A stretch of 64,000 bases of DNA from contig CAYSXA010000001.1 of NCBI GenBank assembly GCA_964435005.1, positions 2,237-66,236 on the forward strand. The letters run 5' to 3'. Both the position numbers and the translations under genes were made by a program. The stretch comes from an uncultured Anaerolineaceae bacterium (GTDB lineage: Bacteria > Chloroflexota > Anaerolineae > Anaerolineales > DRMV01). Shown piece by piece: positions 36,478-46,418 of this stretch; the first letter of the stretch is position 1; each line of letters opens with the position of its first letter. Under the pieces are notes generated by a model. It was given only the letters and a program-made list of their open reading frames with translations. It was not told the DNA's origin and made no database searches.

Positions 36478-38226
36478 ATGAAAGAGTTCCTGTTGGGCAA
36501 TCAGGCCATTGCGCGCGGTGCATGGGAGGCCGGCGTGACCTTCGCTGCCGGTTATCCGGGTACGCCGAGCACCGAGATCATCGAGACGCTGGCGGCGCGC
36601 TACCCGGAGACCAACCCGCGCTGGTCGGCCAACGAGAAGGTGGCCTTCGAGGAGGGGATGGGGGCGGCCATCGGCGGCCTGCGCGTGCTGGTGACCATGA
36701 AGCACGTCGGCCTGAACGTGGCTGCCGACGCGTTCATGGTTTTCCCTTACGCGGGAACCAACGGCGGTTTTGTTTTCATATCTGCTGGCGACCCCGGCAT
36801 GCACTCCTCGCAGAACGAGCAGGACAACCGCTACTTCGCCCGTATGGCGAAAGTGCCCATGCTTGAGCCCAGCACGGCGCAGGAGTGCAAGGATTTCGTG
36901 ATCCAGGGGCTGGAACTTTCGGAGCAATTCGGCACTCCCGTGATGCTGCGCACCACCACCCGCCTGGCGCATCACAAGGGGCTGGTGGAACTCGGCGAGC
37001 GTAAGGAAGTGCCCAAACGGGATTTCGACCCCGACCCAAAGCGTTTTTCGGTGCCCATCTACCGTAAACTGCTGCGCCCGCACGTGGAGGAGCGCCTGCA
37101 ACAACTGAAGCAGTACGCCGAAACCGCGCCCTTCAACCGTGTGGAGCACGCCGATAGTTCAATTGGCGTGGTCACCAACGGGATTGCCTACCAGTACGTC
37201 AAGGAAGTGCTGCCGGACGCGGGCGTGCTGCGCCTGGGGATGACCTGGCCGCTGCCGGACAACCTGCTCAAAGACTTCTGCGCACGCTATGAGACGGTGT
37301 ACGTGGTCGAAGAGGGCGAGCCGTTCATCGAAGAGTACATGCGCAGCATCGGCATCGCGAACATCATTGGGAAGGAGTTGTTCGGCGTGATCGGCGAGTA
37401 CTCGCCCGGTCGGCTGCGGGCGGCGCTAGGGATGGGCGAGGTGCCCAAACCGTTCAGCGAGGGCATCCATTTGCTGCCGCGCCCGCCGATGTTCTGCATC
37501 GGCTGCGGCCATCGCACGGTGTTCGCCGCGCTGCGCCAGTTGAAGGCCACCGTGGCGGGTGATATTGGCTGCTACACCATGGGCGCGCTGCCGCCGTATG
37601 AGGCCGAGCACCTGACCTTCTGCATGGGTGCCAGCATCGGCACGGCGGTTGGGCTGGAGCAGGCCGGTCAGGATCGTACGGTGGCGATCATCGGCGACTC
37701 CACCTTCGTGCACGCCGGCATCCCACCGCTGATTGACGCAGTCTATAACCGGAGCAACCTGACGTTGATCATCCTGGATAACTCGGCGACCGGTATGACC
37801 GGCGCGCAGCCGCACCCGGCGGCGGGCAAGAACGCGCGCGGCGAGGAAGCGCCCAAGCTCGACCTGGCGGCCATTTGCAAGGCGTCTGGTGTGCAGCACG
37901 TCCAGGTGGTGGATACCTGGGATCGACGTGAAGTGGTGCGCTCCATTCGCAAGGCGATGCGCACCGACGGGCCGGCGGTGGTCATCGCGCAAGGCCCGTG
38001 CCAGCAACTGCCGGAGATGAAGCGCCGCAAGATCATCCCCTATATGGTGGAAGAGGAACTGTGTACGCAGTGCGACGCCTGTTTTAAGGTCTGGTGCCCG
38101 GCGATCAAGCGCACGGAAGCGAATTTCCCTTACATTGTGCCGGAGGAGTGCACCGCCTGCACTGTGTGTGCGCAGGTGTGCCCGACCGATGCCATTCACC
38201 TGGCCGACATGGCGGTGGCTGTCTGA
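36478..38226 (+). CDS. iorA: Indolepyruvate (arylpyruvate):ferredoxin oxidoreductase alpha subunit, copy 1
   Basis: LLGNQAIARGAWEAGVTFAAGYPGTPSTEI, GDPGMHSSQNEQDNR, TPP-binding GDSTF, C-terminal 2x CxxCxxC..CP. SD GAGGAGG plus ATG 36478. Confidence 0.9.
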   Translation: MKEFLLGNQAIARGAWEAGVTFAAGYPGTPSTEIIETLAARYPETNPRWSANEKVAFEEGMGAAIGGLRVLVTMKHVGLNVAADAFMVFPYAGTNGGFVFISAGDPGMHSSQNEQDNRYFARMAKVPMLEPSTAQECKDFVIQGLELSEQFGTPVMLRTTTRLAHHKGLVELGERKEVPKRDFDPDPKRFSVPIYRKLLRPHVEERLQQLKQYAETAPFNRVEHADSSIGVVTNGIAYQYVKEVLPDAGVLRLGMTWPLPDNLLKDFCARYETVYVVEEGEPFIEEYMRSIGIANIIGKELFGVIGEYSPGRLRAALGMGEVPKPFSEGIHLLPRPPMFCIGCGHRTVFAALRQLKATVAGDIGCYTMGALPPYEAEHLTFCMGASIGTAVGLEQAGQDRTVAIIGDSTFVHAGIPPLIDAVYNRSNLTLIILDNSATGMTGAQPHPAAGKNARGEEAPKLDLAAICKASGVQHVQVVDTWDRREVVRSIRKAMRTDGPAVVIAQGPCQQLPEMKRRKIIPYMVEEELCTQCDACFKVWCPAIKRTEANFPYIVPEECTACTVCAQVCPTDAIHLADMAVAV

Positions 38227-38238
38227 GGAGGTGCGAGC

Positions 38239-38829
38239 ATGAGCAAAGTGTACAGCCTGATGTTTGCCGGTGTGGGCGGCCAGGGGTCGCTGACGGCGGC
38301 GGAAATCACCTCGCTGACCGCTGTGTTGGCCGGGTACGATGTGAAGCAAACCGAGGTGCACGGCGTGTCCCAGCGCGGCGGGAGCGTGGAGACACACGTC
38401 CGCTTTGGTGAGATGGTCTATTCGCCCACAGTCACCCCCGGCGAAGCCGACGTGGTTGTCGCGCTGGAGAAACTGGAAGCGCTGCGCTTCGCCCACTACG
38501 TGGATCGGGAAGGTGGCACGGTGCTGGTGAACGACTTTGAGATCGTGCCTGCCTCGGTCGCCAACGCGGCGGAGTTGTATCCCCATCACGCGCTGGAATA
38601 TCTGCAACAACAGGGCGTGCGGCTGATGGTGGTGCCCGCTTCGGAGATCGCCCGCGACCTGGGCGATGTGCGCATGACGAACGTGGTTATGCTCGGTGCG
38701 CTCTCCACCCTGCTGCCCTTGCCGGAAGAGACCTGGCTTAAGGCACTGCGGATGCGTCTGCCGAAGAAAATCCTGGAACCCAATTTGAAGGCTTTTGCTG
38801 CCGGTCAACAACTGCGGCAAAGTGCATAG
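38239..38829 (+). CDS. iorB: Indolepyruvate:ferredoxin oxidoreductase beta subunit, copy 1
   Basis: FAGVGGQGSLTAAEI...VHGVSQRGGSVETHVRFG. 196 aa. Confidence 0.9.
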   Translation: MSKVYSLMFAGVGGQGSLTAAEITSLTAVLAGYDVKQTEVHGVSQRGGSVETHVRFGEMVYSPTVTPGEADVVVALEKLEALRFAHYVDREGGTVLVNDFEIVPASVANAAELYPHHALEYLQQQGVRLMVVPASEIARDLGDVRMTNVVMLGALSTLLPLPEETWLKALRMRLPKKILEPNLKAFAAGQQLRQSA

Positions 38830-38839
38830 GAGGAGACCC

Positions 38840-40132
38840 ATGTCCCCCGAACGAGAAGGCCGTGAACTGATTTACGACTGGAACGAGGTGGATGCGCCAC
38901 CGAAGCCAACGCACCGCGTCCTGGTCACCGACGAGACGTTGCGCGACGGACTGCAATCGCCCTCAGTCACGCATCCCGAAATTCAAGACAAGGTGTACCT
39001 GCTCTACCTGATGCGCGACCTGGGCGTGGACGCCGCCGACCTGGGGCTGTGCGGGGCGGGCGAGAAGTTCAAGTACCACGTCACCGTGCTGGCGCGCGAG
39101 ATCGCCAACCAGGGCATGCCCATCCAGCCGCAGAGCGCTGCCCGCACCATGATCGAAGACATCGCGCCCATTGTGGACGCATCCGAGGAGGCGGGTATCC
39201 CCATCGAGGCGGCCATCTTCCTGGGCACCAGCCCCATCCGCCAGTACGCCGAGGGCTGGACGCTGGACTTCCTGCTCCAACGCACGGAGGAGTCGGTGCG
39301 CTTTGCGGTGGATCATGGTCTGCCGGTGATGTTCGTCACCGAGGACACCACCCGCGCCCACCCGGACGTGCTGCGTCAGGTCTATACCGCCGCCATCCGC
39401 GCCGGTGCGCAGCGCATTTGCCTCTCGGACACGGTGGGTCATGCCACACCCGAAGGTACGTATGCGCTGGTGTCGTTCATGCGCCAGGTGGTGGACGAGG
39501 TCAATCCGGAAGTGGGCATTGACTGGCACGGGCACCGCGACCGCGGCATGAGCATCGAGAACACGCTGGCGGCCATCCGCGCTGGCGCCGACCGCGTGCA
39601 CGCCTGCGGTCTGGGCATCGGCGAGCGCAGCGGCAACACGCCGATGGAACTGCTGCTGGTCAACCTGAACCTGCTCGGTTGGGCCGACCGCGACCTCACC
39701 CGTTTGCCGGAGTACTGCCAGGTGATCTCAGAGAAGTGTGGCGTACCCATCCCCTTCAACTACCCTGTGGTCGGCGCGGACTCCTTCCGCACCTCGACTG
39801 GCGTCCACGCGGCAGCCATCATCAAGGCGCTGGACAAGGGCGACACCTGGCTGGCCGACCGCGTGTACTGCGGTGTGCCCGCCAGCATGGTGGGGCGGCA
39901 ACAGGGCATCGAGATCGGCCCGATGTCCGGCGAATCCAACGTGCGCTTCTACCTGCGGCAGCGCGGCATTGAGGAGCATCCCCTTTTCCTGAAGAAGATT
40001 CTTGAGGCCGCCAAGCGGTCCAACCGTCTGCTGGAGGAGGAGGACGTGCTGCGCATGGTGCGCGTGCTGCGTGAGCGTCTTCGCCGCCAGGAAGACGTGG
40101 AGGACATGGACGTGGAGACTCTGTTCCAGTGA
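38840..40132 (+). CDS. 2-isopropylmalate/homocitrate synthase-family (DRE-TIM, LeuA-like) 2-oxoacid:acetyl-CoA condensing enzyme without a LeuA regulatory domain
   Basis: VTDETLRDGLQSP, DTVGHATP, WHGHRDRGM..ENTLAAIRAGADRVHACGLGIGERSGNTPMELL. 430 aa. ATG 38840. Confidence 0.75.
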   Translation: MSPEREGRELIYDWNEVDAPPKPTHRVLVTDETLRDGLQSPSVTHPEIQDKVYLLYLMRDLGVDAADLGLCGAGEKFKYHVTVLAREIANQGMPIQPQSAARTMIEDIAPIVDASEEAGIPIEAAIFLGTSPIRQYAEGWTLDFLLQRTEESVRFAVDHGLPVMFVTEDTTRAHPDVLRQVYTAAIRAGAQRICLSDTVGHATPEGTYALVSFMRQVVDEVNPEVGIDWHGHRDRGMSIENTLAAIRAGADRVHACGLGIGERSGNTPMELLLVNLNLLGWADRDLTRLPEYCQVISEKCGVPIPFNYPVVGADSFRTSTGVHAAAIIKALDKGDTWLADRVYCGVPASMVGRQQGIEIGPMSGESNVRFYLRQRGIEEHPLFLKKILEAAKRSNRLLEEEDVLRMVRVLRERLRRQEDVEDMDVETLFQ

Positions 40133-40268
40133 GATAAGCGTCGGGAGGCGCATCCCCGACCGGGAAATGAGAGAAAGGAGGTGGTGTGTATCGCGGAGGA
40201 AGAGCAGGAGGCAGTCTACTTTTCGGTCAACCGTAGGTTGTCTGTGCGCAGTGAGGAGGATGTGACAA

Positions 40269-41531
40269 ATGAACACCAGGTGGTTAAAAGTTTTGATTGT
40301 GCTGACCGTGATCAGCCTGTTCGCGGCGGCATGCGGAGGCGGCAAAGCCACTCCCACCCAGGCGCCCGCGCCTGGTCAGACGGAAGAGACTCAGAAGGTC
40401 GGCACCACCTATAAGATCGGCTTCATGGCCGCTATCACGGGCAAAGCCGCCTTCCTCGGTGAGCCGGAGCGCGACGCGGCCCTGATGGTCATCGAGCAAC
40501 TCAAGAAGCAGGGTGGTGGTGTTGTTGGTCCAGATGGCGTCTTCCATCCGGTGGAGATCATCATCGAGGACACCCAGGGTAACCCGGACACCGGCATCGA
40601 ACTGGCGAAGAAGTTCATCAACCAGGATCAGGTGGTGGTCATCGTGGGCGGCACCCGCAGCCCGGTGAGCGTGCCGGTGGCGGTCTCTGTGATCGAGAAC
40701 GCCAATACGCCGTTCATCTCGATGGCTTCCAGCAGCGCCATTGTGGAGCCGGTTGAGGAGCGGCACTGGACCTTTAAGACCCCGCAGAGCAACAAGCACG
40801 TGGCTCCGCTGCAGGTGAGGTATTTGCAGGCGTTGGGCATCACCAAGATCGCCAGTCTGTATGTGAACAATGCCTTCGGTGAGGACTCGCGCCAGGCGCT
40901 GTACGATGCTATCCAGGGCACCGGTATTGAGATTGTGGTGGAAGAGTCCTTCGAGGCGGACGATACCGACTTCACCTCCCAACTGACGAAAGTCAAAGCC
41001 AGTGATGCCCAGGCGCTGGTGGTGCACGCGATCCCGCCGGCGGCGTCCACCATCACCGTGCAGTTCCGCGAGCTGGGGCTGGACATCCCGTTGATCCATA
41101 ACCACGGCGTGGGAATGAAACCCTTCATCGACCTGGCGGGCGAAGCTGCCAATGGCGTGGTTTTCCCCATCGGCAAGATGATCGGCGCGGAGAACCTGCC
41201 TGATGACGACCCGCAGAAACCGGTGTTGCTCCAGTTCATCAAAGATTACGAGGCATTCTCCGGCAAACAACGCAGCACCTTCGCCGGGCACGCCTGGGAC
41301 GGTTTGCAAATCGCCCTGAAGTGTCTGGAAAGCCTGCCGGATGGCATCTCGCTGGAGGAACAGCGCTCGCGCTGCCGGGACACCATCGAAAACATGACCT
41401 TTATCGGCACGGGCGGTGTCTTCCACTTCTCGCCGCAAGATCATGTCGGCCTGAGTTCGGACGACCTGATCATGGTGGAAGTGGTGAACGGCGACTGGGT
41501 GTATCTGCCTGAGGAGGAATGGGGCAAATAG
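40269..41531 (+). CDS. Liv-type (cluster-4) ABC transporter periplasmic solute-binding lipoprotein
   Basis: Lipobox LFAAAC plus a Thr/Pro linker. YKIGFMAAITGKAAFLGEPERDAA is typical of LivK/Leu-Ile-Val-binding-family proteins. Confidence 0.85.
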   Translation: MNTRWLKVLIVLTVISLFAAACGGGKATPTQAPAPGQTEETQKVGTTYKIGFMAAITGKAAFLGEPERDAALMVIEQLKKQGGGVVGPDGVFHPVEIIIEDTQGNPDTGIELAKKFINQDQVVVIVGGTRSPVSVPVAVSVIENANTPFISMASSSAIVEPVEERHWTFKTPQSNKHVAPLQVRYLQALGITKIASLYVNNAFGEDSRQALYDAIQGTGIEIVVEESFEADDTDFTSQLTKVKASDAQALVVHAIPPAASTITVQFRELGLDIPLIHNHGVGMKPFIDLAGEAANGVVFPIGKMIGAENLPDDDPQKPVLLQFIKDYEAFSGKQRSTFAGHAWDGLQIALKCLESLPDGISLEEQRSRCRDTIENMTFIGTGGVFHFSPQDHVGLSSDDLIMVEVVNGDWVYLPEEEWGK

Positions 41532-41588
41532 CCTGAATCGGTAAGGGAGGAGGGGAGCGCCTCTCTCCCCTCCTCCGGGAAACCCATT

Positions 41589-42482
41589 ATGACCGCGTAT
41601 GCTTTTTCGGATTACCTTCAGTTTGTGCTCTCAGGGGTTTCCACGGGGAGTATTTACGCCCTGATCGGGCTGGGCTTCGTGGTGATCTTCAACGTGACTG
41701 GCGTGATCAACTTTGCTCAGGGCGAGTTTGCTATGCTGGCGGCCATGCTGGCGAACACCCTGGTGGAGGCGCATCTGCCGCTGCCGGCGGCGTTCCTGAT
41801 CTCGGTGCTGGTGGTGCTGGCGGTCGGGGCGCTGGTGGAGCGCACCACCATCTACCCGGCGCGACATTCCTCGACGGTCACGTTGATCATTATCACCATC
41901 GGCCTGGACATCACCATTCGGGGCATTGCGTTGCTGATCTGGGGCACCACGCCGCACCGGTTGCCGGTGTTCACCAAAGGGCCGCCGTTGGAAATTTTCG
42001 GCGCGGTGCTCAGCCTCCAGCGCCTGTGGATCATGGGCACGGCGGTGGTGCTGTTGATTGGTCTGTACTTTTTCTTCTATCATACGTTGATCGGCAAGGC
42101 CTTTCGCGCCTGCTCCATCAACCGGCGCGCGGCGCGGTTGATGGCGATCTCCCCCAACCGGATGTCGGTGATGGCCTTCACGCTGAGCGCCGGGCTGAGC
42201 GCAGTCGCAGGCATAGTGATCGCCCCGCTCAGTCTGGTGAGTTACGATGTGGGGCTATCCTGGGGGTTGCGAGGGTTTGTGGCTGCCGTGATGGGCGGCT
42301 TCACCGACCCGTTGGGTACGGTGGTCGGCGGGGTGCTGATTGGCGTGCTGGAATCCCTCAGCGCCGGCATGGTCTCTTCGGATTGGAAGAACGCCATTGC
42401 CTTCGTGGTGCTCATCCTGATCCTGTTTGCAAGACCCCAGGGCCTGTTCGGTCGGCGCGAGACCGCCAGGGCCGGGTTGTAG
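41589..42482 (+). CDS. Liv-type ABC transporter permease (LivH-like)
   Basis: 297 aa polytopic. YALIGLGFVVIFNVTGVINFAQGEF motif. Confidence 0.88.
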   Translation: MTAYAFSDYLQFVLSGVSTGSIYALIGLGFVVIFNVTGVINFAQGEFAMLAAMLANTLVEAHLPLPAAFLISVLVVLAVGALVERTTIYPARHSSTVTLIIITIGLDITIRGIALLIWGTTPHRLPVFTKGPPLEIFGAVLSLQRLWIMGTAVVLLIGLYFFFYHTLIGKAFRACSINRRAARLMAISPNRMSVMAFTLSAGLSAVAGIVIAPLSLVSYDVGLSWGLRGFVAAVMGGFTDPLGTVVGGVLIGVLESLSAGMVSSDWKNAIAFVVLILILFARPQGLFGRRETARAGL

Positions 42483-42492
42483 GAGCCTTGTC

Positions 42493-43509
42493 ATGATGCA
42501 AACCCTGTGGAGCGAACACAAACGCGAGATGGAGGTGGCGCTGCTCGCTCTGCTGATGGGGCTGATCCCGCTGGTGGATCGCAGCCCGTACCATCTCTCC
42601 ATTCTGATCCGGATCGGTATATTCACCCTGCTGGTCATTGGGTTGAACCTGGTGATGGGCTACGCCGGGCAGATTTCGCTGGGGCATGCCGCGTTCTACG
42701 GGCTGGGCGCGTACGCCTCGGCCATGACCACGGTGTATTTGCATCTCAACCCCTGGCTGGCGATGGTGCTTGGAATGATCTTCACCGGCCTGGTCGCTTT
42801 TCTGATCGGCATCCCCATCTTCCGCCTGAAGGGACACTACCTGGCGATGGCTACGCTGGGCTTCGGGGTCATCGTGCATCTGATGTTCAAGCAGTTCCTT
42901 AAGAAATGGACAGGCGGGCCGACTGGCCTGCCGGGGGTGCCGTATCTGTCGGTAGGTTCGCTGGTGTTCGATAACGACGTGCGCTATTTCTACCTGGTCT
43001 GGTTCTTTGTGGTGGTGGTGATGGTGCTGGCGCTCAACCTGGTGCACTCGCGGATTGGACGGGCGCTGCGATCCATCCACGGTAGCGAGGTGGCGGCGGA
43101 GTCGCTGGGGGTGGACACCGCGCGCTACAAACTCCAGGTGTTGATCGTAAGCGCGATGTTTGCCAGCCTGGCAGGCTCGCTGCGCGCGCACTACAACCTG
43201 CACGTCAGCCCGTCGTCGTTCTCCTTCATCAGTTCGGTGGAACTGGTGGTGATGTCCGCCGTGGGTGGGCTGGCGAGCATCTGGGGCGCGCCGTTCGGTG
43301 CCGGGGTGGTGCATCTCATCCGTCCTTTGATGCGCGAGATCATGCCGCGCTTGCTGAACTTCCGCTCTGGAGAGTACGAATTGATCGCCTATGGCGTGAT
43401 TCTGGTGGTCATTATGATTGCCATGCCGGAGGGGTTGGTAGCCGGCGCAATAAACCTGTTGCGCCGCTGGCAGCGGAGAAAGGAGGTCAAGGGCGATGTA
43501 TCAACCTGA
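42493..43509 (+). CDS. Liv-type ABC transporter permease (LivM-like)
   Basis: LNLVMGYAGQISLGHAAFYGLGAY motif. ATG 42493. Confidence 0.88.
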   Translation: MMQTLWSEHKREMEVALLALLMGLIPLVDRSPYHLSILIRIGIFTLLVIGLNLVMGYAGQISLGHAAFYGLGAYASAMTTVYLHLNPWLAMVLGMIFTGLVAFLIGIPIFRLKGHYLAMATLGFGVIVHLMFKQFLKKWTGGPTGLPGVPYLSVGSLVFDNDVRYFYLVWFFVVVVMVLALNLVHSRIGRALRSIHGSEVAAESLGVDTARYKLQVLIVSAMFASLAGSLRAHYNLHVSPSSFSFISSVELVVMSAVGGLASIWGAPFGAGVVHLIRPLMREIMPRLLNFRSGEYELIAYGVILVVIMIAMPEGLVAGAINLLRRWQRRKEVKGDVST

Positions 43510-44773
43510 TCTGGAGAGCCTGTCGCGTGAGACGTTGCAGGCGCTGCAACTGGATCGGTTGCGAGCCACGCTGGCGCGCATTCACGCGCGCAACCCGGAG
43601 TACGCCGCCCGCCTGGGAGGGCTGGGGCCGGACGATGTGCACAGCCTGGAAGACATCCGCAAGTTCCCCTTCCTGACCAAAGAGGATTTGCGCAAGGCGT
43701 ACCCCTTCAGGTTCGCCTGCGCGCCGCAGACGGACTTCGTGCGGATGCACATGAGTTCCGGCACTACCGGAACGCCTGTGATCTGTCCGTTCACCGAAGC
43801 GGATGTGGAGCAGTGGAGCGAGATCATGGCTCGCTGCCTGACGGCGGCGGGCGTTACACGCGAGGATGTGATCCAGATCACGCCTTCATTTGGGTTGTTC
43901 AACGGAGGGTTTGGCTTTCACTACGGCGCCAGCGCCATCGGAGCCATGATCATCCCCTTCGGGCCGGGGCGCACCTCCATGCAATTGCAATTCATGAAAG
44001 ACCTGGGAACCACAGCCATCGGTGCCATTGCTTCTTATCCGCTGCGGTTGATGGAGGTGGCTGCCCAGGAAGGTTTCGACTTCCGCCGCGATACTCGACT
44101 GCGCGTGGGCATCTTCGGCGCGGAGACCTGGAGCGACGAGATGCGCCAACGCATCGAGGAGGGAATGGGCATCGAAACCTTCGACATTATTGGCATGACA
44201 GAGACCGGTGGCGTGGGCCTGGGCATTGATTGTGCGGAGCATAACGGTATTCACGTTTGGGAAGACCATTACCTGGTGGAGATTGTGGACCCGCAAACCG
44301 GCGAACCGCTGCCCGACGGCGAACTCGGCGAGATGGTGGTGACTACCCTGACGCGGGAAGGGTTGCCGGTGATCCGTTTCCGCACCCATGACCTGACCCG
44401 CATCCTGAGCCGTGAGCGTTGTGCCTGCGGGCGCACCGGCCTGCGGGTGGATCGTATCCTCAGCCGGACAGACGATATGATCAAGGTCAAGGGGGTGAAT
44501 TTCTTCCCCCGCCAGGTGGAGAGCGTGCTGCTTCAGCATCCTGAGGTCGGGAACGATTACCTGATCGAAGTCGAGCGTGTGGCTGGCGCAGATCATATGC
44601 GGGTTTCGGTGGAAGCGCCGGAAGCGGTGCACCAGACAGCGCTGGCGCAGCAGATCGAGGACGAGATCCACACCCTGTTGGGGTTGCGTGTGGAGGTGCG
44701 GTTACTGCGTCCCGGCGAATTGCCGCGTCTGCCGGGGAAGGCCGTCCGCGTGAAGGACTATCGTCGGAAGTAA
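43496..44773 (+). CDS. paaK: Phenylacetate-CoA ligase family (PaaK-like), copy 1, embedded between ABC permease and ATPase genes
   Basis: [47 protein letters not shown]. 425 aa. Confidence 0.9.
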   Translation: MYQPDLESLSRETLQALQLDRLRATLARIHARNPEYAARLGGLGPDDVHSLEDIRKFPFLTKEDLRKAYPFRFACAPQTDFVRMHMSSGTTGTPVICPFTEADVEQWSEIMARCLTAAGVTREDVIQITPSFGLFNGGFGFHYGASAIGAMIIPFGPGRTSMQLQFMKDLGTTAIGAIASYPLRLMEVAAQEGFDFRRDTRLRVGIFGAETWSDEMRQRIEEGMGIETFDIIGMTETGGVGLGIDCAEHNGIHVWEDHYLVEIVDPQTGEPLPDGELGEMVVTTLTREGLPVIRFRTHDLTRILSRERCACGRTGLRVDRILSRTDDMIKVKGVNFFPRQVESVLLQHPEVGNDYLIEVERVAGADHMRVSVEAPEAVHQTALAQQIEDEIHTLLGLRVEVRLLRPGELPRLPGKAVRVKDYRRK

Positions 44774-44776
44774 AGG

Positions 44777-45625
44777 ATGGATATGTCGGTAGAAGTGTTG
44801 CTTTCCGCAAAGCAGATACGTAAAACCTTCGGCGGCGTGCTGGCCGTTAACCGGGTGGATTTCGAGGTGCGGCGCGGCGAAATTCTGGCGTTGATCGGAC
44901 CCAACGGCGCGGGTAAGACCACCATTTTCAACCTGATCACGGGTTTTCACCGGCTGGACGGTGGAGAGATCACCTTCGAGGGGGAACGTATTGACCATCT
45001 GCTACCGCATCAGATCGCCGCGCGCGGCATTGTGCGCACCTTCCAGAACCTGCAAATCTTCCACAACATGACGGTGCTGGAGAACGTGATGGTGGGTCTG
45101 CATCGCAGCGGACGCAGCGGACTGGTGGAAGCCATGCTGCGCCTGCCGCGCGCGAGTCGGGAGGAGCGTCGCTTTCGTCAGTACGCGCGCGACATCCTGG
45201 CGATGTTCGGCCTGGCCGACCAGGCCGAACTGCCCGCTGGCGCGTTGCCCTTTGGCAAGCAGCGCTTGCTGGAGATCGCCCGCGCGCTGGCCGCCCGCCC
45301 TCGTTTGCTGATGCTCGACGAACCGGCTGCCGGGCTGACCACCACGGAGACGATTGAACTGGACGAGATCATCCAGCGCCTCCGCGAAAACGGCCTGACG
45401 ATTTTCCTGGTGGAGCACGATATGGACCTGGTGATGGGCATTGCCGATCGGGTAGTGGTGCTGCACTACGGAACCAAACTGGCCGATGGCACGCCATCCG
45501 AGGTGCAAAACAACCCGGCAGTCATCCAGGCGTATTTGGGCACCGACTGGCAGGGCGATACCCGTCTGTTCTGGGAGCCCACGCCGCCTTCTCACGCTTC
45601 GGATGTGGAGGTGCCCCATGCTTGA
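44777..45625 (+). CDS. Liv-type ABC transporter ATP-binding protein (LivG-like)
   Basis: Walker [25 protein letters not shown] signature region, LMLDEPAAG. Carries a 27-aa tail after the usual ..AYLG end. Confidence 0.88.
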   Translation: MDMSVEVLLSAKQIRKTFGGVLAVNRVDFEVRRGEILALIGPNGAGKTTIFNLITGFHRLDGGEITFEGERIDHLLPHQIAARGIVRTFQNLQIFHNMTVLENVMVGLHRSGRSGLVEAMLRLPRASREERRFRQYARDILAMFGLADQAELPAGALPFGKQRLLEIARALAARPRLLMLDEPAAGLTTTETIELDEIIQRLRENGLTIFLVEHDMDLVMGIADRVVVLHYGTKLADGTPSEVQNNPAVIQAYLGTDWQGDTRLFWEPTPPSHASDVEVPHA

Positions 45626-46418
45626 GGTGCGCGGCATTTCCACCTTCTACGGACGCATCCAGGCGCTGAAGGAGGTCTCTCTGGAGGTGCACCAGGGTGA
45701 GATCGTCACCCTGATCGGCGCGAACGGCGCGGGCAAGACCACGCTGCTGAACAGCATTTCGGGGCTTGTCCCGCCGAAGTCCGGCCAGATTTTGCTCGAT
45801 GGCGATGAAATCACCCATCTTTCGCCGGAGGCCATCGTGGCGCACGGCATCAGCCAGGTGCCAGAGCGGCGGCAACTGTTCGGCACGTTGACCGTGCGTG
45901 ATAACCTGCTGCTGGGCGCTTACCTGCGCCTGCGTCGGGGGGATAAAGCCGGCGTGGAGCAGGACATCGAAGCGATGTTCGAACTTTTCCCGGTGCTGCG
46001 CGAGCGACATAAACAACTGGCGGGGACGCTTTCCGGCGGGGAGCAGCAGATGGTTGCCATTGCGCGTGGCCTGATGGCGCGCCCTAAGGTGCTGTTGCTG
46101 GACGAGCCGTCGTTGGGGCTGGCCCCGTTGCTGGTGCAGGAAATCTTTCGTGTGTTGCGCCGCCTGCGTGACCAGGGCACCACCATTCTGCTGGTGGAGC
46201 AGAACGCCCGTGCCGCGCTGTCCATCGCCGACCGCGCCTATGTGCTCGAAACCGGGCGCGTGGTGCTCTCCGGCTCGGCGCAGGAGTTGGTTGCCAATGA
46301 GCAGGTGCAGACAGCGTATCTTGGACGACGGAGAGACCATCCGCGAGTGCCCGAAGGGTATGTTATAACTTCCTCGGTCACTGAACAACCTTCGAGCAAC
46401 GGACAAAGGAGCGAACCC
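45618..46418 (+). CDS. Liv-type ABC transporter ATP-binding protein (LivF-like); no in-frame stop, so the ORF continues into iorA copy 2 (to 48200)
   Basis: Walker A GANGAGKTT, LSGGEQQMVAIARGL, LLLDEPSLGLAP, family C-terminus ..QTAYLG at about 46325. A 31-codon low-complexity linker then leads to the iorA ATG at 46419, in the same frame. Confidence 0.8.
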